From Candidatus Iainarchaeum sp. (GTDB lineage: Archaea; Micrarchaeota; Micrarchaeia; Anstonellales; Bilamarchaeaceae): DNA of 64,000 nucleotides. The translations under genes and the position numbers were made by a program. The stretch is from the NCBI GenBank assembly GCA_028714535.1, contig JAQTME010000001.1:1270-65269 (forward strand), given 5' to 3'. Shown piece after piece: positions 54,458 through 63,281 of this stretch. Below the pieces are notes generated by a model. That model saw only the letters and a program-made list of their open reading frames with translations, was not told the DNA's origin and made no database searches. Each line of letters starts with the position of its first letter. The first letter of the stretch is position 1.

Positions 54458-55023
54458 ATCCTGCCCACCACCAGCTTCGCTGCTTCGTAGAGGCTGCCGC
54501 AGGTGTGGTCAGGGGCTGCCTCGTACCTTCCGTCCTTTCCGCCGTATCCTGTCCTGACGAGGATCGTAGTGCAGCCGAAGCTTTTTCCGGCGGCCACGTC
54601 CCTTGTGCTGTCGCCTATCATGAAGCACCGTTCCGGCGGCACGTTGAACTTTTTCGACGCCTCCTCCAGCATGCCTGTCTTCGGCTTCCTGCAGTAGCAG
54701 TCCACGCGGTATTTGGGGTCGCCTTCGGGGTGCTGCTCGGGATGGTGCGGGCAGTAGTAGATGGCATCCACGTGCGCGCCTTCCCTGGCCAGGAGCTCCT
54801 CCAGCTTCCTGTTGATCTGTTGGACGTCCTCCTCTGTGCACAGGCCGCGCGCCACAACCGGCTGGTTGGTGACCACCGCCACCTTGACGCCATGCGAGTT
54901 GAGCAGCTTTATGCCTTTGGCAGCACCTGGGATGAGGGCAAGCCTGCTTTCGTGGTGGAGAAGGTCTACCTCCTCGTTTATGGTGCCGTCTCTGTCAACC
55001 AGCGCCAGAAAACCAGGTTTCAT
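54454..55023 (-). CDS. gmhB: D,D-heptose 1,7-bisphosphate phosphatase (HAD IIIA)
   Basis: ALVDRDGTIN HAD motif I followed by VVTNQ. Confidence 0.8.
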   Translation of the reverse strand: MKPGFLALVDRDGTINEEVDLLHHESRLALIPGAAKGIKLLNSHGVKVAVVTNQPVVARGLCTEEDVQQINRKLEELLAREGAHVDAIYYCPHHPEQHPEGDPKYRVDCYCRKPKTGMLEEASKKFNVPPERCFMIGDSTRDVAAGKSFGCTTILVRTGYGGKDGRYEAAPDHTCGSLYEAAKLVVGRI

Positions 55024-55066
55024 ACGTGTATAATCTGTCTTGCGCGGCTTAAAAACAGTGCGGAAA

Positions 55067-55729
55067 CTAAGGCCTGAACCGTTCCTTGAGCAGGAATATG
55101 CAGTCCTTCACGCCGTCCATGAGCTGGACCTTTGATGTGCCGCCCCTGCGCGCGTAATCGATGGGCACCTCGGTCATCCTGAGCCCCTTCTTCACGGACT
55201 GGGCGAAGAGGTTGCACTCAAGCTCGAATGTGTGCGCCGTGACATCTATGGCCTTGTAGGCGTTTTTCCTGAACGCCCACATGCCCGTGCACACGTCGCT
55301 GACCGGCTTCAGGTAAAGCACGGTCGCCACCAGGGAGATCATCTGGTTGCCAAAGCCGTTTATGGGAGGCATCGCGCCCTCCTCGAAATGGCCCTTGAAG
55401 CGCGAACCGAGCACGACGTCGTAATCCTTGAGCAGGGAGAGGAATTTCTGTATGTCCTTGACCGGGTAGGTCAGGTCTGCGTCAATCATGACGGCATAAT
55501 CAGAGTCTATCTCCCTGAAGGCTGCCTTTATGGCGAACGCCTTGCCCTTCCTTTTCTCAAGCAGGATGCGCGCACCGAGCGATTTGGCGATCTCCACGGT
55601 CCTGTCAGTGCTCAGGCCGTCTATGACGACTATTTCCGCCTGTGGCACGGCTGCCCGGACCTCCGTTATGGTCCTGCCGATGCTCTCAGCCTCGTTGAGC
55701 GTGGGGAGTAGTATGGAAACAGAAGGCAT
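55067..55729 (-). CDS. dolichol-phosphate hexosyltransferase-like GT2 (Dpm1-like)
   Basis: VSILLPTLNEAESI...VIDGLSTD...IDADLTYP DxD region. It is short and soluble, like Dpm1. Confidence 0.75.
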   Translation of the reverse strand: MPSVSILLPTLNEAESIGRTITEVRAAVPQAEIVVIDGLSTDRTVEIAKSLGARILLEKRKGKAFAIKAAFREIDSDYAVMIDADLTYPVKDIQKFLSLLKDYDVVLGSRFKGHFEEGAMPPINGFGNQMISLVATVLYLKPVSDVCTGMWAFRKNAYKAIDVTAHTFELECNLFAQSVKKGLRMTEVPIDYARRGGTSKVQLMDGVKDCIFLLKERFRP

Positions 55730-55775
55730 AGGAAGACAGTTGGGCGGAAAACATTATTAATGAAGTGCCCGGGGC

Positions 55776-56780
55776 CTAGCTTTCCATCCCTGATATGCGT
55801 TTCAGGACGCTCTCCAGGCTGTGCTTATGGAGGTAGGCGGCTATCACCGGCACGGAGAATGAATCCACAACAATCATGCTGACGCGGGTAAGGAAGCCGA
55901 ACGCAACGCTGGACTCGAAAGGCACGCCGAAGGGCAGCAGCACGGCGGCAAAGGCCGCTTCGCTTGCGCCGGCTCCGGCCAGTGTCGGGGTGGGAACGAA
56001 TTGTATTATGGTTATGGCGGCCTGGAACACCATCATGAAAAGCAGGTCGGTGGTGATGGCGCCGGTGACGGATATGCCAAGGGCGTAGGAGATGCACAGC
56101 CATTCCACGGCTTTCAGGAACCAGGTGACCGTCGTGATCCCCATGACTCCCCATTTCAGTGTCAGTATCTTGCCTGAATGCGCGTGCATGCGCCGCAGGA
56201 AGGAGAATATGGTCGGGGCGAGAGGCAGTCTCTCTGCGAATGAGAAATGCTTCAGGAACGGCGGGTGGAAAACCAGCAGGCCTGCGAACAGAACTGCGGC
56301 AAGGGCGGCACAGACAACCACTGCGTTAATCGCCATGCCTCCAGCTCCCACCTTGGATATTATCAGGAGGGTAAGCACGATGGCTGAAAGGGCCTTTATC
56401 AGGAAATCGAAAAGCTGCGGGCCGAATATGGCTGTAAGCGTCTTGTCCGTGCTTATGCCGAATTTGGAGGAAAGCGAGAATGCGGTGAAGAAATAGCCTG
56501 CCCGCGCTGGCGTGAAGTCAGAGGCCAGGAGCCCGGCCAGGTTGGATGGGGCGACCTGCATGACGCTGAGGCGCTCCCCCATGCCGGCAAGGACGAAGTT
56601 TATCCTGTAGGCCATCACGAACGTGACTGCGGCGTATGCGATGAGCGCCAGCGCAAGAAGCTCCGGCCTGGCGCCGAGCAGCGTGCCGTATATCCGGCCA
56701 GCCCCGACCAGACAGAACACCGCCACGAAAATGGCGAGCGATATCAGGAGGTTGAGCAGGAGCTGCATGCGTTTGTCCAA
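55776..56780 (-). CDS. UPF0104 / lysylphosphatidylglycerol-synthase-TM-region-like polytopic membrane protein
   Basis: About 8 TM helices. This family is frequently found with GT2 polyprenol-phosphate glycosyltransferases. Confidence 0.55.
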   Translation of the reverse strand: MDKRMQLLLNLLISLAIFVAVFCLVGAGRIYGTLLGARPELLALALIAYAAVTFVMAYRINFVLAGMGERLSVMQVAPSNLAGLLASDFTPARAGYFFTAFSLSSKFGISTDKTLTAIFGPQLFDFLIKALSAIVLTLLIISKVGAGGMAINAVVVCAALAAVLFAGLLVFHPPFLKHFSFAERLPLAPTIFSFLRRMHAHSGKILTLKWGVMGITTVTWFLKAVEWLCISYALGISVTGAITTDLLFMMVFQAAITIIQFVPTPTLAGAGASEAAFAAVLLPFGVPFESSVAFGFLTRVSMIVVDSFSVPVIAAYLHKHSLESVLKRISGMES

Positions 56781-56851
56781 GGGAACACCAGGGCTGCCGT
56801 ACGGCTGCCGTTCGACTTATTCTGCCCGGCAACCGAATAAAAAGATATTGC

Positions 56852-57397
56852 ATGGCCCTGCGCATTCCATTTTATATGTTTAACACAGAGAATCCACTGA
56901 TGGACACGATTGCAGCCCTTGCGCTTTCCATAGACAACCCCATAGTGAAAGCTGTTGGGGAGATCATAGCCAACGAATTCATCTACGTGGGGATAATCAT
57001 AGCGCTGACTGTGCTCGGCGAAAGCAGGAACGAGAAGAGGCTCAAGATACTGGTGACGTTCGTTGCTGTCATGGTGGTGTGCGCGGCCATAAAGCAGGGC
57101 CTGGCGTACCCCAGGCCGTGCGCAGGCGAGGACTGGTGCCCAACGGACTATGCCTTCCCGAGCATGCATGCCGCGGCAGCGTTCACGCTGATGATAGCGT
57201 TCCTGGACAGCGGGGCCTATCCGCTCTACCTGCTTTTCGCGCTGTTTGTGTCTTTCACCAGGCTGAACCTGGGGGTGCATGCGTTCGCTGACGTGGCAGC
57301 CGCGCTGCCCATCGCGGCGATAGGCTACTACGCGGTCGATATGGCATGGAATGCGGGGAAAAGGAAGGGAGGGAAAAGGCATGGACCACGAGGTTGA
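56852..57397 (+). CDS. PAP2-family phosphatase (candidate polyprenyl/dolichyl diphosphate phosphatase)
   Basis: PAP2 motifs K-x6-RP (KQGLAYPRP), PSMH, and TRLNLGVHAFAD. The start may instead be the Met at 56900. Confidence 0.7.
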   Translation: MALRIPFYMFNTENPLMDTIAALALSIDNPIVKAVGEIIANEFIYVGIIIALTVLGESRNEKRLKILVTFVAVMVVCAAIKQGLAYPRPCAGEDWCPTDYAFPSMHAAAAFTLMIAFLDSGAYPLYLLFALFVSFTRLNLGVHAFADVAAALPIAAIGYYAVDMAWNAGKRKGGKRHGPRG

Positions 57398-57932
57398 ACG
57401 CCAGCTCTTCCATTTCCTGCTGGGCGTGGCAGCCCTGCTGCTCCTGCTGCAGTTCGGCAGGGGCTTCATGATAGCCCTTGTCTTCTTCATAACGATAATT
57501 GGCACCCTGCTGATGAACATAAGGCTCCGTGGCGGGAAGATATTCTTCGTCCAGTGGTTCGAGAAGAGGCTTGAGCGGCCTGACGCACCGCTTCCGGGCT
57601 GGGGCTCGGCCTGCTACGCCGTCGGCGTGCTCCTGCTGCTCACGTTCCTCACAAACACAAACGAGATAGCCGCGTCGCTTGTGGCGCTGGGCCTGGCAGA
57701 CGCCCTTTCCACAGTAATCGGCAGGAAAGGGAAGGTGAAACTGCCGCATAACAGGAACAAGACCGTCGAGGGCGCTGCTGTGTTTTTCCTATCGTCGCTG
57801 GCTGGATGGTATTTCATAGGGCCTGCGACGCTCCCGCTCGCCTTCGTCGCAACCATCGCAGAGAGCCTGCCCATCCTTGAGGACAACCTGACGATACCGA
57901 TTGCCTGCGTGCTGTTTTTCCTGGTCGTGTGA
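57381..57932 (+). CDS. dolichol kinase / polyprenol kinase-family membrane protein
   Basis: Four to five TM helices and a C-terminal GRKGKVKLPHNRNKTVEGAAVFF matching the CTP-dependent polyprenol kinase motif (KT-x-EG). Confidence 0.55.
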   Translation: MDHEVERQLFHFLLGVAALLLLLQFGRGFMIALVFFITIIGTLLMNIRLRGGKIFFVQWFEKRLERPDAPLPGWGSACYAVGVLLLLTFLTNTNEIAASLVALGLADALSTVIGRKGKVKLPHNRNKTVEGAAVFFLSSLAGWYFIGPATLPLAFVATIAESLPILEDNLTIPIACVLFFLVV

Positions 57933-57935
57933 GCT

Positions 57936-58715
57936 ATGATGCTGCTTTTCACGTCTCAAAACCCTGCGAGTGTGAACATAGCCAGGAGGCTGGTCGCCGG
58001 CCATGGGTTCATCAAGGCCGGGGACGGATGGGAACGCAAAGGCGTGCGGCTCATCGACACTAAAGCACCGACGGTGCTGGACGTACCGACGGATTTCGAA
58101 ACTGACTGCCTTCTGGTGCTGAGCACGCACCGGAGCAAGGTGCCTGGCAAAATGCTCACAGCACACGTGCCGGGCAACTGGGGCGGCGCTGAGATGGGAG
58201 GTCAGCCGCGCACGCTGAACATCGCGGCCGCGAGCACGCTGAAAATCCTGCTGCAGGAGCTGAAAGGGGCGGGCGACCACATCGGGTGGCCGGTCTCGCT
58301 TGAGGCGGACCACCACGGCCCCACCTGCAAAACGCCCATCCTGTTCGTGGAGATAGGCAACGGCGAGGCTGAGTGGGCTGATGAAAAGGCAGCGGAGGCT
58401 GTCGCAGGCGCGGTTGCGGCTGCCCTGGACAGGATGGCGAAGCATGAAACGTTCGAAACTGTGTTCGGCGTCGGGGGCGGCCACTACTCCAAAACATTCA
58501 CGCACATCGTGCTTGAAACGCCGCTGGCTGTCGGACATATACTCCCGAAATACGCCATAGAGCAGCTTGATGAGGATACGTTCCGCCAGGCAATAGAGAA
58601 GAACGTGGAAAAAGTGGCGAAGGTGCTCGTGGCCAAGGACGAGACAAATGCCGCGCAGCGGGAGAGGGTTGGCGCCCTTGCTGCAAAGTTTGGAATTCCT
58701 GTTGAAAGGGCCTAG
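57936..58715 (+). CDS. dtdA: D-aminoacyl-tRNA deacylase, archaeal type
   Basis: Conserved blocks HVPGNWGG, ADHHGPT, GVGGGHY and GHILPKYA. Confidence 0.85.
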   Translation: MMLLFTSQNPASVNIARRLVAGHGFIKAGDGWERKGVRLIDTKAPTVLDVPTDFETDCLLVLSTHRSKVPGKMLTAHVPGNWGGAEMGGQPRTLNIAAASTLKILLQELKGAGDHIGWPVSLEADHHGPTCKTPILFVEIGNGEAEWADEKAAEAVAGAVAAALDRMAKHETFETVFGVGGGHYSKTFTHIVLETPLAVGHILPKYAIEQLDEDTFRQAIEKNVEKVAKVLVAKDETNAAQRERVGALAAKFGIPVERA

Positions 58716-59068
58716 GCGAGCTTCTCCAAGTATTTGGTTATGGACCTGCTTCCGATAAATGCGCTGGGGAGCTTGTCCACAACTGCTATGGAAGCAGACG
58801 CGCTGGGCGCGGTGTCTCTGTTGAGCAGCACGTTGCTCGTGGTGGCGCGGGTATTCTCCACGGCCTGTTTCAGGATGTTGAACTTGTTCTCGTCAGGCTT
58901 CTCATTCCTGAGCCGGACGTATTCCTGGGCCAGCTCGGTCATGAAGTTGCCCACGTAGACCCCTGCAACAGGGAGTTTGATGAATCCCTGGTTGACAAGT
59001 TCGGTCAATGTCGCCTTGGTGCTCTCGAGTCCGGTTGTTTCAGGTTTTTCTCCAAATTTCTGGGCCAT
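58712..59068 (-). CDS. hypothetical protein
   Basis: 118 aa, acidic, with no motif I can recognise. Its stop overlaps the dtdA end. Confidence 0.4.
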   Translation of the reverse strand: MAQKFGEKPETTGLESTKATLTELVNQGFIKLPVAGVYVGNFMTELAQEYVRLRNEKPDENKFNILKQAVENTRATTSNVLLNRDTAPSASASIAVVDKLPSAFIGSRSITKYLEKLA

Positions 59069-59104
59069 GAGATCATCCTGGATAATAGATGCTGCAGAGA
59101 GGAT

Positions 59105-59704
59105 TTATTCCTTTCGGGAAGGGAGCAGCAGTCCCCTCAGTTTCCGTATGTCGCCTTCGTCGTTAGGCCGCACATGGAAATGCGCCATGCCTGCTGCTTT
59201 CGCAGCGCCGGCGTCATTGATGGAATCGCCCACGAATATGGCATCCTTGGCGCCCAGGCCGGCCTTTCCAAGTATGACGAGGAGCTGGTCCGGGGCTGGT
59301 TTGTTGTGCGCAACCATGTCCCTGCCGCACACGAACTCGAAAAGCCCGGCTTCGTTCAGCTCTGCCAGTATGCGCCGTATGTTGTCCGTGTGGTTGCCAC
59401 TGGCCATGCCCAGCCTGAAGCCATTGGCCTTCAGGTCCTTGGCCAGCGCGAGCATCTGTGGGAACACCACGTAGTTCGCCTTTGCGATGCAGTCGGCCTC
59501 ATGCCTGAGGTATATGGCGTCAATCGCCTTCTTGCGCGCAGGCGCATTGGAAAGCAGGTTGCCCATGGGCACCAGGTGCTGTTTGGGGTCCACTGCCACG
59601 CCCTCCTTCCGTGCCAGCGCGATAACGTCGTTCCTTACCGCATCCCATCGCACATTGAGGTGCAGCAGCGTGTCGTCGAAATCGAAAATCACCAGTTTTG
59701 GCAT
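59105..59704 (-). CDS. HAD-superfamily hydrolase
   Basis: LVIFDFDDTL motif I and a C-terminal VGDSINDAGAAKAAG motif. Confidence 0.7.
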   Translation of the reverse strand: MPKLVIFDFDDTLLHLNVRWDAVRNDVIALARKEGVAVDPKQHLVPMGNLLSNAPARKKAIDAIYLRHEADCIAKANYVVFPQMLALAKDLKANGFRLGMASGNHTDNIRRILAELNEAGLFEFVCGRDMVAHNKPAPDQLLVILGKAGLGAKDAIFVGDSINDAGAAKAAGMAHFHVRPNDEGDIRKLRGLLLPSRKE

Positions 59705-59850
59705 GGATGCACTTCGCTGCGCTATATTTTTAATCCTGCAATGGGTTATTTCCACATGGAAGAGATCGGGAGGACTCCGGAGATACTTGGCGTGGTGGTT
59801 GCCAGGGGGCAGCTCGCCAGGGACAGCGCGGATTCTGTGTAGGTGGAAGC

Positions 59851-60069
59851 ATGGAAGGGGAAAGGGCGAAAAGGTTCGATGTGCCTAAGCCGGTCGCCGT
59901 GGGGGACACGGTGGACGTGGTCGTGGAGAGCCAGGGCGGCCAGGGTGACGGCATAGCCAAGGTCGGCGGCTTCGTCGTATTCGTCAAAGGGGCGAAGAAG
60001 GGGGACAACTGCAAGGTCAGGATAACAGATGTCAAGAGGACCTATGCGGTTGGCGAACGGCAGCAGTGA
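59851..60069 (+). CDS. TRAM domain protein
   Basis: 72-aa OB-fold TRAM signature (GDTVDVVVESQGGQGDGIAKVGGFVVFVKGAKKGDNCKVRI). Confidence 0.7.
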   Translation: MEGERAKRFDVPKPVAVGDTVDVVVESQGGQGDGIAKVGGFVVFVKGAKKGDNCKVRITDVKRTYAVGERQQ

Positions 60070-61353
60070 CTATTTCAGCAGCCAAAGGTTCACGAATGAA
60101 AGGAGGAAGAGCAGCGCGAGAAGCCCCAGGACCAGTTCCATGGACGCCATATAGTCCTGCTGGAAGGCAGCGCTCGGCCTGGACGGCACCGATGATGCGG
60201 GTTCGCCGGTCTCTGCTGTAGCCCCGTTGTAGGAAAGCGCCCGGCTCAATATGACCTCGTCGTGGCGTTCGTCGTCCAGCGCGGGGCCCTTGACGGCTAT
60301 TGAGAGCACGTTCTGGCCCAGCCCTTCATAGCCGTAACTGAACTCGTACGTGTAGGCGAACGAGTAGTTCCGGCTTTCCAGTTGCGTCGGCGTGGCGAGG
60401 CCGATGCGCTCGGACCAGCCATCAGGGCTTGCCGGGTATGAGATTATCTCCTGGATACCGTAGGGGCCTGTGCGCGTGTCGAACGTGCGCAATGTGAGGT
60501 TGCGTGTGCGGTTGCCATTGAGGTATATGTCGGCATGGTAGAGCGGGCCCTGGGAGAGGATGATGGTGTCGAAGCGGTTGTCGCGGAACCACTGCTCGCG
60601 CAGCACTGGCGCGCGCAGGAAGTAGAGCTTGTTGGCGCCGAAGACGGTGAAGTCTCGGCTCGTGGAAAACGAGACGTTCTTGGTGAAATAGTGGTAGTTG
60701 TCGGCGCAGCCGGCGTCCTCGCGGTCGTTGATGTAATAGATGAAACGCATCGTGCCCACGATGCTTGCGTTCAGCAGGTCAGCGCCCGATGAGGTTTTCA
60801 TCTGGGCCAGTATTCCAGGCGGCGTGCTCATACTCAGCGGCAGGATGCTGGAAGTGAACGGCGTGGAATATGTGGCATTCTTGAATGTGAATGCCACGGT
60901 GCCTGTATAGAGCACCTGGGCCAGGAGCTCGTATTCCACGCAGCCGTCCTGGTCGAAATCGCAGCGCTGGGCGCGCGTTGTATCAAGGGAGCCGTCAGGG
61001 TAGAGCGACGAGTAGTTGCAGATGAATTCCGGGCTGCCTGGACTCGCCCACATGTGCCCCTGGCGGGCCCCTTTGGCCACGAGCAGGGAGAGGCCGCTGG
61101 CCGGATACGTCGCATTGTCCAGCATGAGCGACATACCAGCCACGTTCACGCTGGCGTCTACGGGCAGCGGAAGCAAACGGCCATTATTGAACTGAATTTG
61201 GACAGTGGAATGGAGCGCCGTGGCGTCGTCATATCGGTTGTCCAGGAACTGGCCGAGCGCCCCATTGTAATCCATCACGCTTTCGACAGGCGGTTCATAG
61301 AGCTGCGCGGCTGCGAGGCCGATGAGAAGGGCCAGAAGAAGCATCTGCCTCAT
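60070..61353 (-). CDS. secreted protein with signal peptide, C-terminal TM anchor and many sequons
   Basis: N-terminal MRQMLLLALLIGLAAAQ and C-terminal MELVLGLLALLFLLSFVNLWLLK, with about 14 N-x-S/T sites. Confidence 0.55.
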   Translation of the reverse strand: MRQMLLLALLIGLAAAQLYEPPVESVMDYNGALGQFLDNRYDDATALHSTVQIQFNNGRLLPLPVDASVNVAGMSLMLDNATYPASGLSLLVAKGARQGHMWASPGSPEFICNYSSLYPDGSLDTTRAQRCDFDQDGCVEYELLAQVLYTGTVAFTFKNATYSTPFTSSILPLSMSTPPGILAQMKTSSGADLLNASIVGTMRFIYYINDREDAGCADNYHYFTKNVSFSTSRDFTVFGANKLYFLRAPVLREQWFRDNRFDTIILSQGPLYHADIYLNGNRTRNLTLRTFDTRTGPYGIQEIISYPASPDGWSERIGLATPTQLESRNYSFAYTYEFSYGYEGLGQNVLSIAVKGPALDDERHDEVILSRALSYNGATAETGEPASSVPSRPSAAFQQDYMASMELVLGLLALLFLLSFVNLWLLK

Positions 61354-63275
61354 AATGCACCGCCAAGCCGGTCGATGGGGACGAAGACGAGCAGGTCATT
61401 GGCCTGCCTTATCCTGAGCACCGCCCTCTCCGAATCGCTCAGGCGGGCGAGGAGCTGCTTTATTTCGCTCTCGTTGTCCACAACGATTATTGCCTTCTTG
61501 GTGAAATTGTCGCCGAAGAACCCTATCTCGTAATCCTTGGTCACGAACTTGCGGCCAGCCTCCCTGAACTGGACGCCGTTCTCTATGAGCCTTTCCTTTA
61601 TCATGCGCCTGAGGGTGTTCAGCTTCACGTCGCCCTCGCCCTTGGGCTGGTAATATTCGCGGTGCGTCTCGAGCCTGCCGGCCGTGACAAGGCTCTTGAG
61701 TATGCCTTCGACGTTCCCTTCGGTCACATCCGCGCCGTTGGTGATGCGGCGCTTGAGCTCGACCCCGAACTCATGCGGGGTTATGGGCTCGTTTGACAGG
61801 TGGAGGTCCTCCCTGGCGTTTTTGAACGTCTCGAGGGCTTCTGCGGTCGGCACGCGGACCTCCTCGCGTATGTAGGTTGCGCTGTCGCCGACCCTGAGCG
61901 TATACATGGGCTTCTTTGATACGCGCATGCTGAAGTACACCAGGAGCACGATGCCGAGGCCTGGGATGCCGAATTTTATGTAGAAGTCAAGCAGCGGGTC
62001 GGAATTGTTCTCCACTGGGATCTGTATCACTGTTCCGAACAGGTCCATGTTGAACACGTTGGTCCCACGGTCCAGCTTGGCGTTGACTGTCAGCAGCCCG
62101 TCGCTCACGTAGAATTTCCTCTTGGTTGACGAATTGCCCAGCCAAACCAGGGCCTCGGTATCGCTGAGCGGTGCGCCGTCCACGATGACCGAGAAGACAA
62201 AAGTCGTGCCCCTGCGCTCCTGCAGCGCCACCTGCAGGTCGCTCACATGCAGCATGCCGCTGGCGATGGTGCCGGAATTGTCGCTCACGTCGAGCACGTA
62301 TTCGCCGGGCTCGGAGAACTGGAGCTTCTGCAGGAAGACGTTCTCGTCGGTCACCCTCCGCAGCATGTCGCGGCGGACCTCCTTGCCGTCCTTGTTTATT
62401 GAGATGAATGCCGTGCCGTTGGTGCGCTTGAGCGAGAACTCCAGGGTGGATTTCTCCCATGGGAACACGGATGCCGGCTTCGGCGCGAGGACCTTGCGGG
62501 TGGCCGGCACGGGCAGGGTTTGCAGCGGCGCCGAATCGTAGATGCCGTAAAGGCCGTCGAACTCCGCTATGAGGCGCAGGCGCGTGGCATTTGACATGTC
62601 TATGGTTGCGGTCTTCAGGCTGCTGCCGGAAACATGGATCGTGGCGTTGCGTTGCCTGCTGGCCGTATTGAACAGAATGTCCAGGGGTATGGAACGGTCG
62701 CCCTTGTCCAGGAATTCGTCCAGCGTGCTGTTGTAGACCATGATGTGCATGCGCTGGGGCTGCGTGAGCGCGCCGTACCAGTCGTTCTTCTTCATGCCGC
62801 TGCTGAGCAGGAGGTCTGTGGACCCCACGTATACCAGGGTGACGTTGGGATTGTTCTGGTAGAGGTTGAAAAGGACGTAGGAGGGCATGGCGCCTGAAGG
62901 CAGCACATAGATGCCGTTGCTCATCTTCGTGCTGTTGCTCATGGAGACAGTGTAGCCGTATTTCTCCAGCGTCTTCAGCTGGGCGATGAGCTCGGGGAGG
63001 CGCGTGGCCTCGATGGCCTGGCTGTCGTTTATGATGTATATGTCCTTGGATGGCTCTGAATTGTAGCTGAGTATGGTGATGTTGCCGGTGCCGCGGTAGT
63101 TGAAGATAGCGTAGCCGTTGTTGCCTGCCATCCCGGTCTGGAGGACCTGGAACAGGGGCTGGACGCGCTCTTTCTGGGCCTCTGGCACCTGCATCAGAAG
63201 CGCGGCTATGAGCGACACCAGGGCTATGACCAGCAGCACCGCAAACACGCCGAGCAGTATGTATCTCCGTCTCAT
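61350..63275 (-). CDS. bitopic membrane protein with an extracellular sequon-rich domain and a ~190-aa cytoplasmic C-terminal domain
   Basis: TM helices at aa ~7-27 and ~430-450. Its stop overlaps the downstream gene by 4 nt. Confidence 0.55.
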   Translation of the reverse strand: MRRRYILLGVFAVLLVIALVSLIAALLMQVPEAQKERVQPLFQVLQTGMAGNNGYAIFNYRGTGNITILSYNSEPSKDIYIINDSQAIEATRLPELIAQLKTLEKYGYTVSMSNSTKMSNGIYVLPSGAMPSYVLFNLYQNNPNVTLVYVGSTDLLLSSGMKKNDWYGALTQPQRMHIMVYNSTLDEFLDKGDRSIPLDILFNTASRQRNATIHVSGSSLKTATIDMSNATRLRLIAEFDGLYGIYDSAPLQTLPVPATRKVLAPKPASVFPWEKSTLEFSLKRTNGTAFISINKDGKEVRRDMLRRVTDENVFLQKLQFSEPGEYVLDVSDNSGTIASGMLHVSDLQVALQERRGTTFVFSVIVDGAPLSDTEALVWLGNSSTKRKFYVSDGLLTVNAKLDRGTNVFNMDLFGTVIQIPVENNSDPLLDFYIKFGIPGLGIVLLVYFSMRVSKKPMYTLRVGDSATYIREEVRVPTAEALETFKNAREDLHLSNEPITPHEFGVELKRRITNGADVTEGNVEGILKSLVTAGRLETHREYYQPKGEGDVKLNTLRRMIKERLIENGVQFREAGRKFVTKDYEIGFFGDNFTKKAIIVVDNESEIKQLLARLSDSERAVLRIRQANDLLVFVPIDRLGGAL

Positions 63276-63281
63276 CGCATC

